A DNA stretch of 46,716 bases. Source: Nitrospirota bacterium. Its GTDB lineage: Bacteria; Nitrospirota; Thermodesulfovibrionia; Thermodesulfovibrionales; Dissulfurispiraceae. The stretch lies in the NCBI GenBank assembly GCA_040758355.1, contig JBFLWF010000020.1:1-46716 (forward strand), given 5' to 3'. How positions within the stretch are numbered: the first letter of the stretch is position 1; the number at the start of each line of letters is the position of its first letter. Below are positions 38,062 to 46,593 of this stretch, piece after piece. A program made the position numbers and the translations under genes. Under the pieces are notes generated by a model. That model had not been told where the DNA came from. It did no database searches and worked only from the letters and a program-made list of their open reading frames with translations.

Positions 38062-39284
38062 AACGGATAAGTTTAAATCTTAAAATCGCATGGCGTTCAT
38101 TATGCAACTTCAGGCTGAGGACTTCTCTTGCTGTGCTGGGTGTCTTTTTAGGCACATTCTCCCTGATTGTCGTATCCAACCTGTCGGATTCGTTATCAAA
38201 AAAAACAGAAATGGAGATAGAAAACCTCGGGAAAAATCTCCTCATTGTGAGAAGCGGCATTGTAAGAAGGGTTGTCTCAGGCACAAGGCTTTTGAGCGAG
38301 GCAACTACCCTGACACTCCATGATGCTCAAGCAATTGCATTTAATTCTCGATATGTGAGCAGTATATCCCCCTCAGGGAACAAGCCTTTTCCTGTGAGGT
38401 ACGGCAGCATTACACTCACATCCGTGCTTGTAGTGGGGGCATCTCCAAACTATACTGAAATAAGGAATCATTACGTGAAGGAAGGCAGCTTCATCGCAGA
38501 AAACGACAACAGAAATCTGAATAAAGTTGCAGTCCTTGGAAAGAGGGTTGCAGAAAAATTATTCGGAGATGAAAATCCCATAGGAAAGCATATCCTTATC
38601 TTCAGGGTTCCCTGTCAGGTAATCGGGATAATGGAGGAAAAAGGCGTTGATATTTCAGGAATTGATCAGGACAACCAGATATTCATACCGCTTAATACAT
38701 ACCTCAGGAGGTTCGTCAATAAAGATTTTATCAACAGTATCTATGTTCAGGTTATGAATGACAGATCGATTCCCACTGCAAAGGCAGAGATCGAGGATAT
38801 ATTAAGGAAAAGACATAAGATCGGGGGAGATAAAAAAGAGGATTTTACGGTAATAGATTTAAAGGACGTCATGGCCTTGAAGACACAGGCCACATCAATG
38901 ATAACGGTTTTGGGAAGGATATCATCTGTGGTTTCATTCCTGATAGGAGGGCTCGGTATTCTTTCCATAATGATACTCATCGTAAATGAAAGGCGGGTAG
39001 AGATAGGAATCAGGAGGGCAGTTGGTTCGAGGAAAAGGGATATAATACTTCAGTTCCTCATGGAGTCTTCGTTTATATCCTTCATCGGCGGCATGGTGGG
39101 AGTGGCAATCGGTTTTATCGCAAGTGCCGTGATATTCCGCATATCAGAGCTGCCGTTCACAATCTCTCTGGCAGGTATTTTATTGTCTTTCGCTGCTTCT
39201 GTGGCTGTGGGAATACTGGCAGGGATATACCCTTCTAAAAAGGCAACCACTATACAGCCTGTGGATATAATAAGGTCTCTATAA
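38058..39284 (+). CDS. MacB/FtsX-like ABC transporter permease
   Basis: RLRTSLAVLGV, GGLGI..IM...V.ERR.EIGIRRAVG, GIYPS.KA; ATGA overlap with the upstream permease. Confidence 0.9.
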   Translation: MKRISLNLKIAWRSLCNFRLRTSLAVLGVFLGTFSLIVVSNLSDSLSKKTEMEIENLGKNLLIVRSGIVRRVVSGTRLLSEATTLTLHDAQAIAFNSRYVSSISPSGNKPFPVRYGSITLTSVLVVGASPNYTEIRNHYVKEGSFIAENDNRNLNKVAVLGKRVAEKLFGDENPIGKHILIFRVPCQVIGIMEEKGVDISGIDQDNQIFIPLNTYLRRFVNKDFINSIYVQVMNDRSIPTAKAEIEDILRKRHKIGGDKKEDFTVIDLKDVMALKTQATSMITVLGRISSVVSFLIGGLGILSIMILIVNERRVEIGIRRAVGSRKRDIILQFLMESSFISFIGGMVGVAIGFIASAVIFRISELPFTISLAGILLSFAASVAVGILAGIYPSKKATTIQPVDIIRSL

Positions 39285-39425
39285 TGCAGTTTGTTTGATA
39301 AGCAAGAAGCGTTTGACTAACTCGGGCATATAAGTGCTTCATTGCCTTTTTCTCAAAAGCTCCCCAACTCCTGTCCCAAGTGTCCCGCCGCTTGACTTTT
39401 TATTGAAAACAGCGTATATATAAGC

Positions 39426-39653
39426 ATGAGTAAAGCGGTTATAGAGATTTGCGATGCCTTAAAAATTGCTGGTGTCCCTGAAGACAAGGCCACGGCAGCG
39501 GCTGAAGCGGTTGCCGATGTCGGGCAGAAAGACAGGCTTGATAGAATAGGGAAGGAGATAACAGAGATTAAAGGCGATATTAAGGTAATCAAATGGATGC
39601 TTGGCGTTATTATGGCCGGCGTCGCATCGCTGATTTTAAAGGCGTTCTTTTAG
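39426..39653 (+). CDS. Small DUF1640/CCDC90-like coiled-coil protein with C-terminal TM anchor
   Basis: DALK.AGVPE.KA.AAAEA N-terminus, heptad coiled coil, IKWMLG plus hydrophobic tail. Confidence 0.7.
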   Translation: MSKAVIEICDALKIAGVPEDKATAAAEAVADVGQKDRLDRIGKEITEIKGDIKVIKWMLGVIMAGVASLILKAFF

Positions 39654-39850
39654 GTGATGTAAATTTTCGTTTTTTTGTCCCTCGGTCTGTATTCGTCACC
39701 ATCACCATAAGTCTTACATCATCCTCTTTTTCCTTATATAAGAAAAATCTGTCGTATTTTGCGTATTATAGGGTGGAAATTTCACCTATTTCCTCTTTTT
39801 ACCTGCCTTACCCTTTCCGCCCAAGAACTCCAACAACAGTTTCCGTGCCT

Positions 39851-40428
39851 CAGACTGGAAGAAGCAGGCAATTGAGGGCTTGGCAGGCGTGTTCAACGGG
39901 AAGGCAGAGCGCAATGACACTGTTCATGAGGCAGAGGTCAAGGAACTGCATGCCAAGATCGGGCAGTTGACTGTAGGGCGGGATTTTTTAGCGAAAGCCT
40001 TGTGGCTGCATTGGAAGAAGCATTGGCAAGATACTGCAAACCCGACATATTCAATACGGATCAAGGAAGTCAATTCACGAGCCTTGAGTTTACGCAGGCG
40101 CTCAAGGATGCTGGAGTAAAGATATCTATGGACGGCAAGGGGCGGTGGATGGACAATGTTATGATAGAGAGACTGTGGAGGTCATTGAAGTACGAATGCG
40201 TCTATCTGCATGCATTTGAGACAGGCAGCGAAGCAAAAAAGGGCATAGAGAAGTGGATTCGCCGTTATAATGAGGAACGGCCTCATTCTTCTCTGGACGA
40301 TAGGACGCCGTATGAGGCATATTATAATCTGCCACGGGCAGGGTATGCAGTAAAACTGGCGGCATGATGGCGGGTGGTTTCCACCTTAATTCAGCCGTTA
40401 AACTGTCCAAACAATGGGGTCCACCTCT
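39851..40428 (+). mobile_element. Degenerate IS3-family element: OrfA 3' part fused by deletion to OrfB 3' part, with right IR
   Basis: DWKKQAIEG...LHAKIGQLTV.RDFLAKA (OrfA) joined near 40000 to ALEEAL..Y.KPDIFNTDQGSQFTS...SMDGKGRWMDN..IERLWRSLKYE..Y...RPHSSL (rve core). Ends with CTGTCCAAACAATGGGGTCCACCTC. Confidence 0.88.
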
Positions 40429-40773
40429 GACTGTGTTTCGAGATATACCTAAGATACGGGCTGTCTCAGAAACATTACCGTTGTTTTTAGATAGAACCTT
40501 TCTCACCAGTTCCCTTGCCTTAGATGTTTCTATTTCCCTGAGTTCATGATATAAAATACTCATAGGCTGTCCCTCCATCCTGAAAGTGGTTGGGTTTTTC
40601 TCTGCCAGGGGAGTCCCAACTTCTTCATTATATCAAGGAGCCGATGGACAGCCTCTTTCCTGTTTATCCTTTCTTTAACATCCTTGCCTTCTCCTCCTTC
40701 TGTTTCAAATGCGTCTATAAACTGGTTAATATGTCTATACCTATCTGGTGGTCGGAGGTTAAAGTTATTGACA
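40429..40773 (-). mobile_element. 5' fragment of a putative IS481-like element, truncated by the IS3 end
   Basis: MSILYHELREIETSKARELVRKVLSKNNGNVSETARILGISRNTV is an HTH that stops exactly at the IS3 IR. Upstream are a TATAAT and a structured leader; a possible TGT end lies at 40773. Confidence 0.55.
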
Positions 40774-40814
40774 AATCTCTCTATAAGTATTACTATTCCA
40801 TTAAGTAATACTTA
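40768..40814 (+). promoter_or_regulatory. Promoter and operator of the AbrB-PIN toxin-antitoxin operon
   Basis: TTGACA (40768-73), 17 bp spacer, TACTAT (40791-96). Perfect 11-bp inverted repeat TAAGTATTACT (40784-94) / AGTAATACTTA (40804-14). Confidence 0.78.
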
Positions 40815-40827
40815 ACAGAAAGGCAAG

Positions 40828-41091
40828 GTGATTCAAATGACAACCGTAGCGGTAAAGATCACAAGGAAAGGACAAGTTACCATCCCTAAGAAAATCAGGG
40901 ACAGGCTTAAAACGAATACGGTTTATTTTGAAGTGGAAGATGATAACATTATAGTGAAGCCGGTCAGGGATGCGGCTGGGTCCCTCAGCGAATATGCAAA
41001 GAACGTGAAACCCGGCACCTCGATGAAAAAGATAAAAGAATTGGCATGGGAGAAGGCTATCCGTGAGAAAACCCACAAGAAGTCTTCCTGA
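40828..41091 (+). CDS. vapB: AbrB/MazE/SpoVT-family antitoxin (VapB-like)
   Basis: VKITRKGQVTIPKKIRDRL swapped-hairpin motif; overlaps the downstream PIN gene. Confidence 0.88.
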   Translation: MIQMTTVAVKITRKGQVTIPKKIRDRLKTNTVYFEVEDDNIIVKPVRDAAGSLSEYAKNVKPGTSMKKIKELAWEKAIREKTHKKSS

Positions 41092-41464
41092 CACCAATAC
41101 CATAGTCCGCTATCTTGTTAAAGATGATGTTGCCCTTTATACAAAGGCAAAAGGTTTCTTTGATAAGGTGAAGGACGGTAGTGAAAAGGCTGTTATCCTT
41201 GAAAGTGTCATCGCAGAGTGCATCTATGTCCTCACAAAGATTTATCAGGTACCGAAAGATAAGGCTTCTAACAGCCTGATTGACATTCTGCACTATAAGG
41301 GGATTGCAAATGATGACCAGCCGGAGCTCATTCGCGCATTGACCCTTTTTTCGGAAAGGGGCATTGATATTGTTGATTGCATTTTATGTGCAAAAGTTGC
41401 AGGCAGCGGTGATAATCTCTTTTCATTTGATGAAGAATTAAACAAAGTTGTAAGGCGGTTATGA
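41063..41464 (+). CDS. vapC: PIN-domain toxin (VapC-like)
   Basis: DTNTIVRYL, VIAE..YVL, DIVDCIL, SFD acidic tetrad. Confidence 0.88.
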   Translation: MRKPTRSLPDTNTIVRYLVKDDVALYTKAKGFFDKVKDGSEKAVILESVIAECIYVLTKIYQVPKDKASNSLIDILHYKGIANDDQPELIRALTLFSERGIDIVDCILCAKVAGSGDNLFSFDEELNKVVRRL

Positions 41465-41933
41465 ATATCTTCAATTCACAGTTTATCCATCTCCGTATAC
41501 GCGGGATGAACCGAGACACAAGATTATACTTATCATGCCTAACACGATGAATTTTTACTTTCGACACAACCTCAACTGTTTTCATGCCTGCTCATTATAC
41601 ATTGTTAATCCTGAAGACTGCCGCTGTTGGTTCTAAAAAACTGCCGCCTTCAAAGACTGTCGCTATAGTATAATTTTTATATCGAAAAACCTGTACCGCT
41701 CTGTTTCACTTCGGGCGATTTAGAAGGTCTCTCCTGCTGCACAGGTTGTGAAGCATTCTCCGAAGCGCTTCGCAAGATCCCTCTCCGTGGGACTTAGCCT
41801 TCGGCAATCTGAGATTTGCTCTGAGATAACAAAAAGATGGTTCCCTCACGAAGCCGTCCAATCTTTACCGTAAGAGCAAGGTGCTTCTTCGAGCCCTACC
41901 TTGAAGCGTTTGTTCATCTTACACCTCCGTCAT

Positions 41934-41963
41934 TTGACTTTAGAGTAAATTGTAGTTACAATT
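41934..41963 (+). promoter_or_regulatory. Promoter and operator of brnTA
   Basis: TTGACT (41934-39), 17 bp spacer, TACAAT (41957-62). Palindrome AATTGTA-gt-TACAATT (41948-63) covers the -10; GTG start 6 nt downstream. Confidence 0.78.
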
Positions 41964-41968
41964 AAATT

Positions 41969-42241
41969 GTGCGATATGAATGGGACGAGGCTAAGCGGAT
42001 AAGAACCCTTTTGAAGCGTGGAGTTGATTTCACCGATGCTGAAAAGTTTCAATGGCAAACAGCAAAAATTATTGTTGATGAAAGACGCGAATATACAGAA
42101 CAGCGCTTTGTCGCAACAGGATTTATAGAAGGGCGATTGCATGTGATGGCATTTACCATGCGCTCCAGTGCAATTCGTATAATCTCGCTGAGAAAAGCGA
42201 ATAAAAGAGAGGCAAAAAATTATGAAGAAACCGCTGATTGA
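41969..42241 (+). CDS. brnT: BrnT-family ribonuclease toxin
   Basis: YEWDEAK......KRGVDF, D.R.EY.E.R...TG, IRIISLRKANKRE. Confidence 0.92.
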   Translation: MRYEWDEAKRIRTLLKRGVDFTDAEKFQWQTAKIIVDERREYTEQRFVATGFIEGRLHVMAFTMRSSAIRIISLRKANKREAKNYEETAD

Positions 42242-42500
42242 TAAAAACGGAGAGGTCAGAGAACTCACAAAAGAAGACTTCAAGCGTATGCGTCCAGCAT
42301 CTGAGGTTGTGCCTGAGATAGTCAAAGCATACAAGGAAGGCCGCCTGAAGGTGCGCGGCCCTCAGAAAACGCCAACAAAAGTGCAAACAACTCTGCGCTT
42401 GTCGCGTGATGTTGTGGAGTTTTTTAAAGCTACCGGACGCGGCTGGCAAACCAAGATGGACAAAGCATTAAAAGAATATGTACGGACGCATTCGCGGTAA
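42222..42500 (+). CDS. brnA: BrnA-family antitoxin
   Basis: ELT.EDF, RGPQKTPTK...TLRLS.DVVEFFKATG.GWQT+MD.AL (RHH domain). Confidence 0.92.
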   Translation: MKKPLIDKNGEVRELTKEDFKRMRPASEVVPEIVKAYKEGRLKVRGPQKTPTKVQTTLRLSRDVVEFFKATGRGWQTKMDKALKEYVRTHSR

Positions 42501-42539
42501 TAAGAGATAACTTATTGGTAAAAGAAGGCTACATCGAAA

Positions 42540-42628
42540 TGTTAATCATCCGACTTCCGTAGACAGTCTCTTCTTTTAACCTTTCCCGCAGAATTTCGTA
42601 AGGGGCCTTCCCCTTGAGGGATGCTCCG
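42540..42628 (-). mobile_element. 3' remnant and terminal IR of an IS481-like element
   Basis: The minus strand reads ..SLKGKAPYEILRERLK.. (typical integrase-core tail) and ends ..CTGTCTACGGAAGTCGGATGATTAACA (TGT/ACA terminus). Confidence 0.5.
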
Positions 42629-42727
42629 GGTTTCATACCCAGAGAGGATGTCACCTGCTGTCCCCAACAGTAAAAGCAGAGGGGAAATAGTCTTGTATTT
42701 CAGTAAGATATGATATTATGGCAAGAG

Positions 42728-42762
42728 TTCCCACTTCTTACCTCCTACCTCCCACTTCTTAT
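42728..42762. repeat. Orphan tandem heptamer array spanning the eamA stop
   Basis: ttcccac ttcttac ctcctac ctcccac ttcttat. Confidence 0.75.
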
Positions 42763-43587
42763 TGTGAGATACCCTGAAAACAGTATCATCGAACCGCCGA
42801 TTATCGTCTTGTAATTCACTGCCTCTCCCAGAAATACCATCCCTAAAATAATTGCGCAGACAGGCTCTAAATAGCCTAATATGGCGGTCTTGTTGGCAGT
42901 TACATCTCTCATGCCCCTGAAATAAAGAATAGGCGCTATGGTTGAATGCACAACTCCCATGACGCCGAATGCCCACCAGTTAAGAGCCTGAGAGAATGAG
43001 ACAGATGGCAACAACATAGTGGCAATAAAGAGATTCTGAAAAAATGTCATGATCATGGGGTTGAAGTTCTGTGCCAGTATCCGAATAATGATTATCAGTA
43101 CCGCATAGGCAAATCCCGAAAAAAGCCCTGCAAGGATGCCTCCGGTGTTTTTATCGCCTGCAACCACAAGACTGAAAAACTGGCTTACAGAAACACCCAA
43201 CATAATCCATAAACCTGCAGTGGCAACAGCAACGGCTATCAATACCTTGACGGTCAGTCTTTCTTTTAAAAATATTGGTGCAAGGAATGCAACCATCACA
43301 GGCGCGGTATAATGGGTCAAAACAGCATTGGCAACAGATGTATTTTTATATGCATAAAAAAATGAAAATGTATTGATCAGGCTGATAAGACCAAGGACAA
43401 AGAGATGCAAAACACCCCTTCTCTTTGGCATATACTGCCTGAATTCCTTCTTTGTAAGGATTAACCCGATTAATGATACCGAGATGATACAGGAAAAGAA
43501 CATCAGCAGATGCACTGGCATGCCTGAAAGCTTTATGACAATGCCGAGTGAGCTCCAGAGGAATATGGCAGTCAGTATATAGAGCAT
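42745..43587 (-). CDS. EamA/DMT family transporter
   Basis: 10 TMs in two repeats; A.VL..Y.AP, FLKER.T, YLEPV.A..LG..FLGE. Confidence 0.9.
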   Translation of the reverse strand: MLYILTAIFLWSSLGIVIKLSGMPVHLLMFFSCIISVSLIGLILTKKEFRQYMPKRRGVLHLFVLGLISLINTFSFFYAYKNTSVANAVLTHYTAPVMVAFLAPIFLKERLTVKVLIAVAVATAGLWIMLGVSVSQFFSLVVAGDKNTGGILAGLFSGFAYAVLIIIIRILAQNFNPMIMTFFQNLFIATMLLPSVSFSQALNWWAFGVMGVVHSTIAPILYFRGMRDVTANKTAILGYLEPVCAIILGMVFLGEAVNYKTIIGGSMILFSGYLTIRSGR

Positions 43588-43590
43588 TAT

Positions 43591-44748
43591 TTAGATAGAA
43601 TACCTTTCTATTTGTTTTAGGACAAAACTTCTTATCTCTTTATGTGAAGGCATATCTATGAGATATTTCCCGTTGTCTATTACCGGAATGAGTATATCCT
43701 CAAGTATCGCACCGCACTCGCATTTATGTTGTTTATTATTGTGAGGGACTATAGTCCCCTTATTGCAGGCAGGACATCTCAATACCCTTTTGCTCCCTGA
43801 ACATTTTCCCCTTTTTGCAAGGGGTTTGCCTTCGACTTCCATAATATCCATCGCATAATCGATAACAGGTGCATTGCTGATGGATGTGCCGATGCCGTAG
43901 CCATCCACCACTGGATTCAGAACAGGAACGTCTTCCTCTTTTATCCCGCCGCTTACATAAAATTTTATATATTTATACCCTCTGAGATTAAGCTCCCACC
44001 TGCATTCCTCAAGGATACGATAAAAATTACCCCTTCTTGAACCAGGGGTATCGAATCTCACGGCAAAAAGCCTCTCGCCCATTGCCTCCGCTACATTGAG
44101 ACATTCAAATTTTTCATCGAGGAATGTGTCAATAAGCGCAACCCTTTTAAGCTTCGGCTCTAAAACCTCATCATACGCCTTAATTGCATCAACAGTTGAG
44201 CCCATGCATATTATCAGCGCATGGGGCATTGTGCCCATCGGGTCTTCGCCGATAATTTCGCCTGATTTCACAACAGCCACGCCATCGCATCCGCCGATAT
44301 ATGCATTCCTCTCGATCATAGGTGCAAGCACAGGATGCATTCTCCTCGCCCCAAAACTGATAACAGGCCTTTCTTCAGAAAGTTTTTTGAACCGAGCAGC
44401 CTTTGTTGCAACCCCGGATGCCTGACATATCAGGCCTAAAATTGCGGTCTCATACACGCAGAAGTCCTGATACCTCCCCTCTATCTCCATCACCGGCTCG
44501 TAAGGATAGAAAATAGTGCCCTCCTTCATTGCCCTCACCTTTACAGGCAGGTTTTTAAGCAGATACAATGCCTCTTCAATGCCTGCAAATATTGCCCATG
44601 GGTAGTTGTTAGGGAAATTCTTTGCTATAAATTCAGCCTTTACTATCGGATTGATCCCCTTTGCCTTGAGGATTCTTAATGTCCTTTCGAAATAAACATC
44701 CGTAATCTTTCCACTTAATATATCTTCAGGGTCTGCTGTATGAAACAT
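43591..44748 (-). CDS. pncB: Nicotinate phosphoribosyltransferase (short, archaeal-like type with C-terminal Cys cluster)
   Basis: TDVYF, YETAILG, SFGARR.HP, GTMPH, IDTF, VRFDTP.SRRG, SGG, G.GT, KRGK.SG.K. Confidence 0.9.
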   Translation of the reverse strand: MFHTADPEDILSGKITDVYFERTLRILKAKGINPIVKAEFIAKNFPNNYPWAIFAGIEEALYLLKNLPVKVRAMKEGTIFYPYEPVMEIEGRYQDFCVYETAILGLICQASGVATKAARFKKLSEERPVISFGARRMHPVLAPMIERNAYIGGCDGVAVVKSGEIIGEDPMGTMPHALIICMGSTVDAIKAYDEVLEPKLKRVALIDTFLDEKFECLNVAEAMGERLFAVRFDTPGSRRGNFYRILEECRWELNLRGYKYIKFYVSGGIKEEDVPVLNPVVDGYGIGTSISNAPVIDYAMDIMEVEGKPLAKRGKCSGSKRVLRCPACNKGTIVPHNNKQHKCECGAILEDILIPVIDNGKYLIDMPSHKEIRSFVLKQIERYSI

Positions 44749-44865
44749 GATGACCTCCTTTTTGAACTGCTTGCTACCGGCTATTAACTACTGTATAATC
44801 TAAATATAATAAACTCAAAAAGATATAGAATCAATCTAAAAACCTATGTTTCTTAAATACCGACC

Positions 44866-46101
44866 ATGGTAACAAAATACAGAGAAATCGATGAGCCAGA
44901 TACGCCTGTACAGGTAGATAAACTGATCGTAGGGATGCGCCTGCCGTTTGACGTGTTTATCAAAGATAAGGGCCTCACAAAACAACTGTTCAGCAAGGGA
45001 ATGCTTTATACCAACATCACCAGGGATCTTCTTAAAGAGAGGGGCATCTCGGAAATTTACATTAAAATGAAAGAGGTTCCTTTGCTTGAGCGTTACCTTC
45101 CCCAAACAAAGACCCACAAGACCTCTTTCTATGACGACCCTGCAGTATTCAAAGAATACTCCTACCATAAGGAGCAGTATTATCAAATAGACAGGAACAT
45201 CCTTGTCCCGGGAACAATGATAAACTTCAGCCTCTTTACGCTGGACAAACTCGTCTTCAGCCCTATTGTCGAAGCCACAGAGAAGTCGCCTGTAAAGATA
45301 GATGAGAATATATTAAATGCAAGCGGAGACATTGTCATAAAAAAGTCGGATGTTCAGCTTTATAATGCCTATCTCGATTCGTTATTAAAAGACAGTACAT
45401 CCCGACAAGACAGCTTAAAGGTAAAGGCAGCGGTCATAAGAGAGAATTCAAAGATAATAATAAAGGACTTCCTCGATAATCCGAGGAGCGGAGAAAAGAT
45501 AAAAGAAGTAAAATCCATGGTGGATAACACAATTGACTGCATTTTGAAAAACAAAGATGCCATTTACGATCTGCTTTCATTGAAAGGCTATGATTATTAC
45601 ACATACACGCATTCCGTAAATGTGGCTATTATGTCCATTGGACTGGGAATGGCAATCGATCTCAAAACAGACGATGTAGAAAAACTCGGGATCGGGGCAA
45701 TGCTCCACGATGTAGGTAAAAGTGCCATACCCTACGAAATTCTGAACAAGCAAGGGAAGCTCGATGATATCGAATATAAAGTATTAAGGAACCATGTCAT
45801 CGAAGGAGAGAAGATACTGCGCACCCATAAAGAAATGCCCGAGGAATCCTTTGCTGCAGTCATACAACACCATGAAAAACTAACAGGAAAAGGCTATCCC
45901 TTTCAGTTGTCGGGAAATAATATAAAGCTGTTCGGCAGAATAACGGCAATTGCAGACTGTTACGATGCACTGACAACACAGAGACCGTACAAGCCGGCGT
46001 TCTCGCCGTTTTATGCATTATCGATCGTTGCAAAAGAGACAGGTGATTACGACCCTGATCTCTTAAAGACATTTATAAAGATGCTCGGCAAGATAAAATA
46101 A
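44866..46101 (+). CDS. HD-GYP domain cyclic-di-GMP phosphodiesterase
   Basis: D.YTY.HSVNV, LHDVGK, HHE+..GKGYP, IADCYDALT..RPYK. Confidence 0.92.
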   Translation: MVTKYREIDEPDTPVQVDKLIVGMRLPFDVFIKDKGLTKQLFSKGMLYTNITRDLLKERGISEIYIKMKEVPLLERYLPQTKTHKTSFYDDPAVFKEYSYHKEQYYQIDRNILVPGTMINFSLFTLDKLVFSPIVEATEKSPVKIDENILNASGDIVIKKSDVQLYNAYLDSLLKDSTSRQDSLKVKAAVIRENSKIIIKDFLDNPRSGEKIKEVKSMVDNTIDCILKNKDAIYDLLSLKGYDYYTYTHSVNVAIMSIGLGMAIDLKTDDVEKLGIGAMLHDVGKSAIPYEILNKQGKLDDIEYKVLRNHVIEGEKILRTHKEMPEESFAAVIQHHEKLTGKGYPFQLSGNNIKLFGRITAIADCYDALTTQRPYKPAFSPFYALSIVAKETGDYDPDLLKTFIKMLGKIK

Positions 46102-46593
46102 TGAATCTCTTTGAAGACGAACAAAAAACTATACCGGACAACAACGCTCCCCTGGCCTACCGCATGTGTCCCAGAACCATCGATGAATATACGGGGCAGG
46201 AGCACATACTCGGCAAGGGCAAGCTCTTGAGAAGGGCGATAGAGGCTGACAGGATTACATCGTTGATTCTATACGGGCCTCCTGGCACAGGAAAAACAGC
46301 ACTCGCAAGGGTAATTGCAGCAAAGACAAAATCACACTTCGAATGGCTTAATGCAGCCACAGCAGGACTTGATGATTTAAGAAAAGTTATTAACGGTGCA
46401 AAGACACGGAAGGCAAAGGGCATTCGCACCATTCTATTCCTCGACGAGATACACAGGTTCAACAAACTCCAGCAGGATGCCTTGCTGCCAGATGTGGAAG
46501 AAGGCAATATCATATTAATCGCTGCCACTGTGGAAAATCCCTTCTTTTATGTGAATTCGGCATTGCTTTCGAGGAGCCAGGTATTTGAATTAA
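46101..46593 (+). pseudogene. rarA: Replication-associated recombination protein A (AAA+), interrupted by ISL3 after ~164 codons
   Basis: PLA.RM.P..IDE..GQEH, GPPGTGKT, LFLDEIHRFNK.QQDALLP, ATVENP.F.VN.ALLSR. Homology ends at SQVFEL, where the IS begins. Confidence 0.9.

Noticed and set aside
39593..40119. ORFs 39593-39970 and 39880-40119 as intact genes
   Set aside because: They span junctions of IS debris; the second is truncated OrfA running out of frame into OrfB.
40159..40578. 139 aa minus-strand ORF as a real protein
   Set aside because: A chimera: an HTH fragment read through into the antisense strand of the IS3 remnant.
41700..41930. Minus-strand ATG at 41917 with a strong GGAGGTG RBS
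   Set aside because: Stops after 23 codons; probably a degraded gene, but I cannot assign a family.
42620..42700. Hairpins as a riboswitch, REP element or terminator
   Set aside because: Short imperfect stems, no U-tract or known consensus, single copy.
44766..44793. Degenerate 7-bp periodicity upstream of pncB
   Set aside because: Only four poorly matching units; could be chance.
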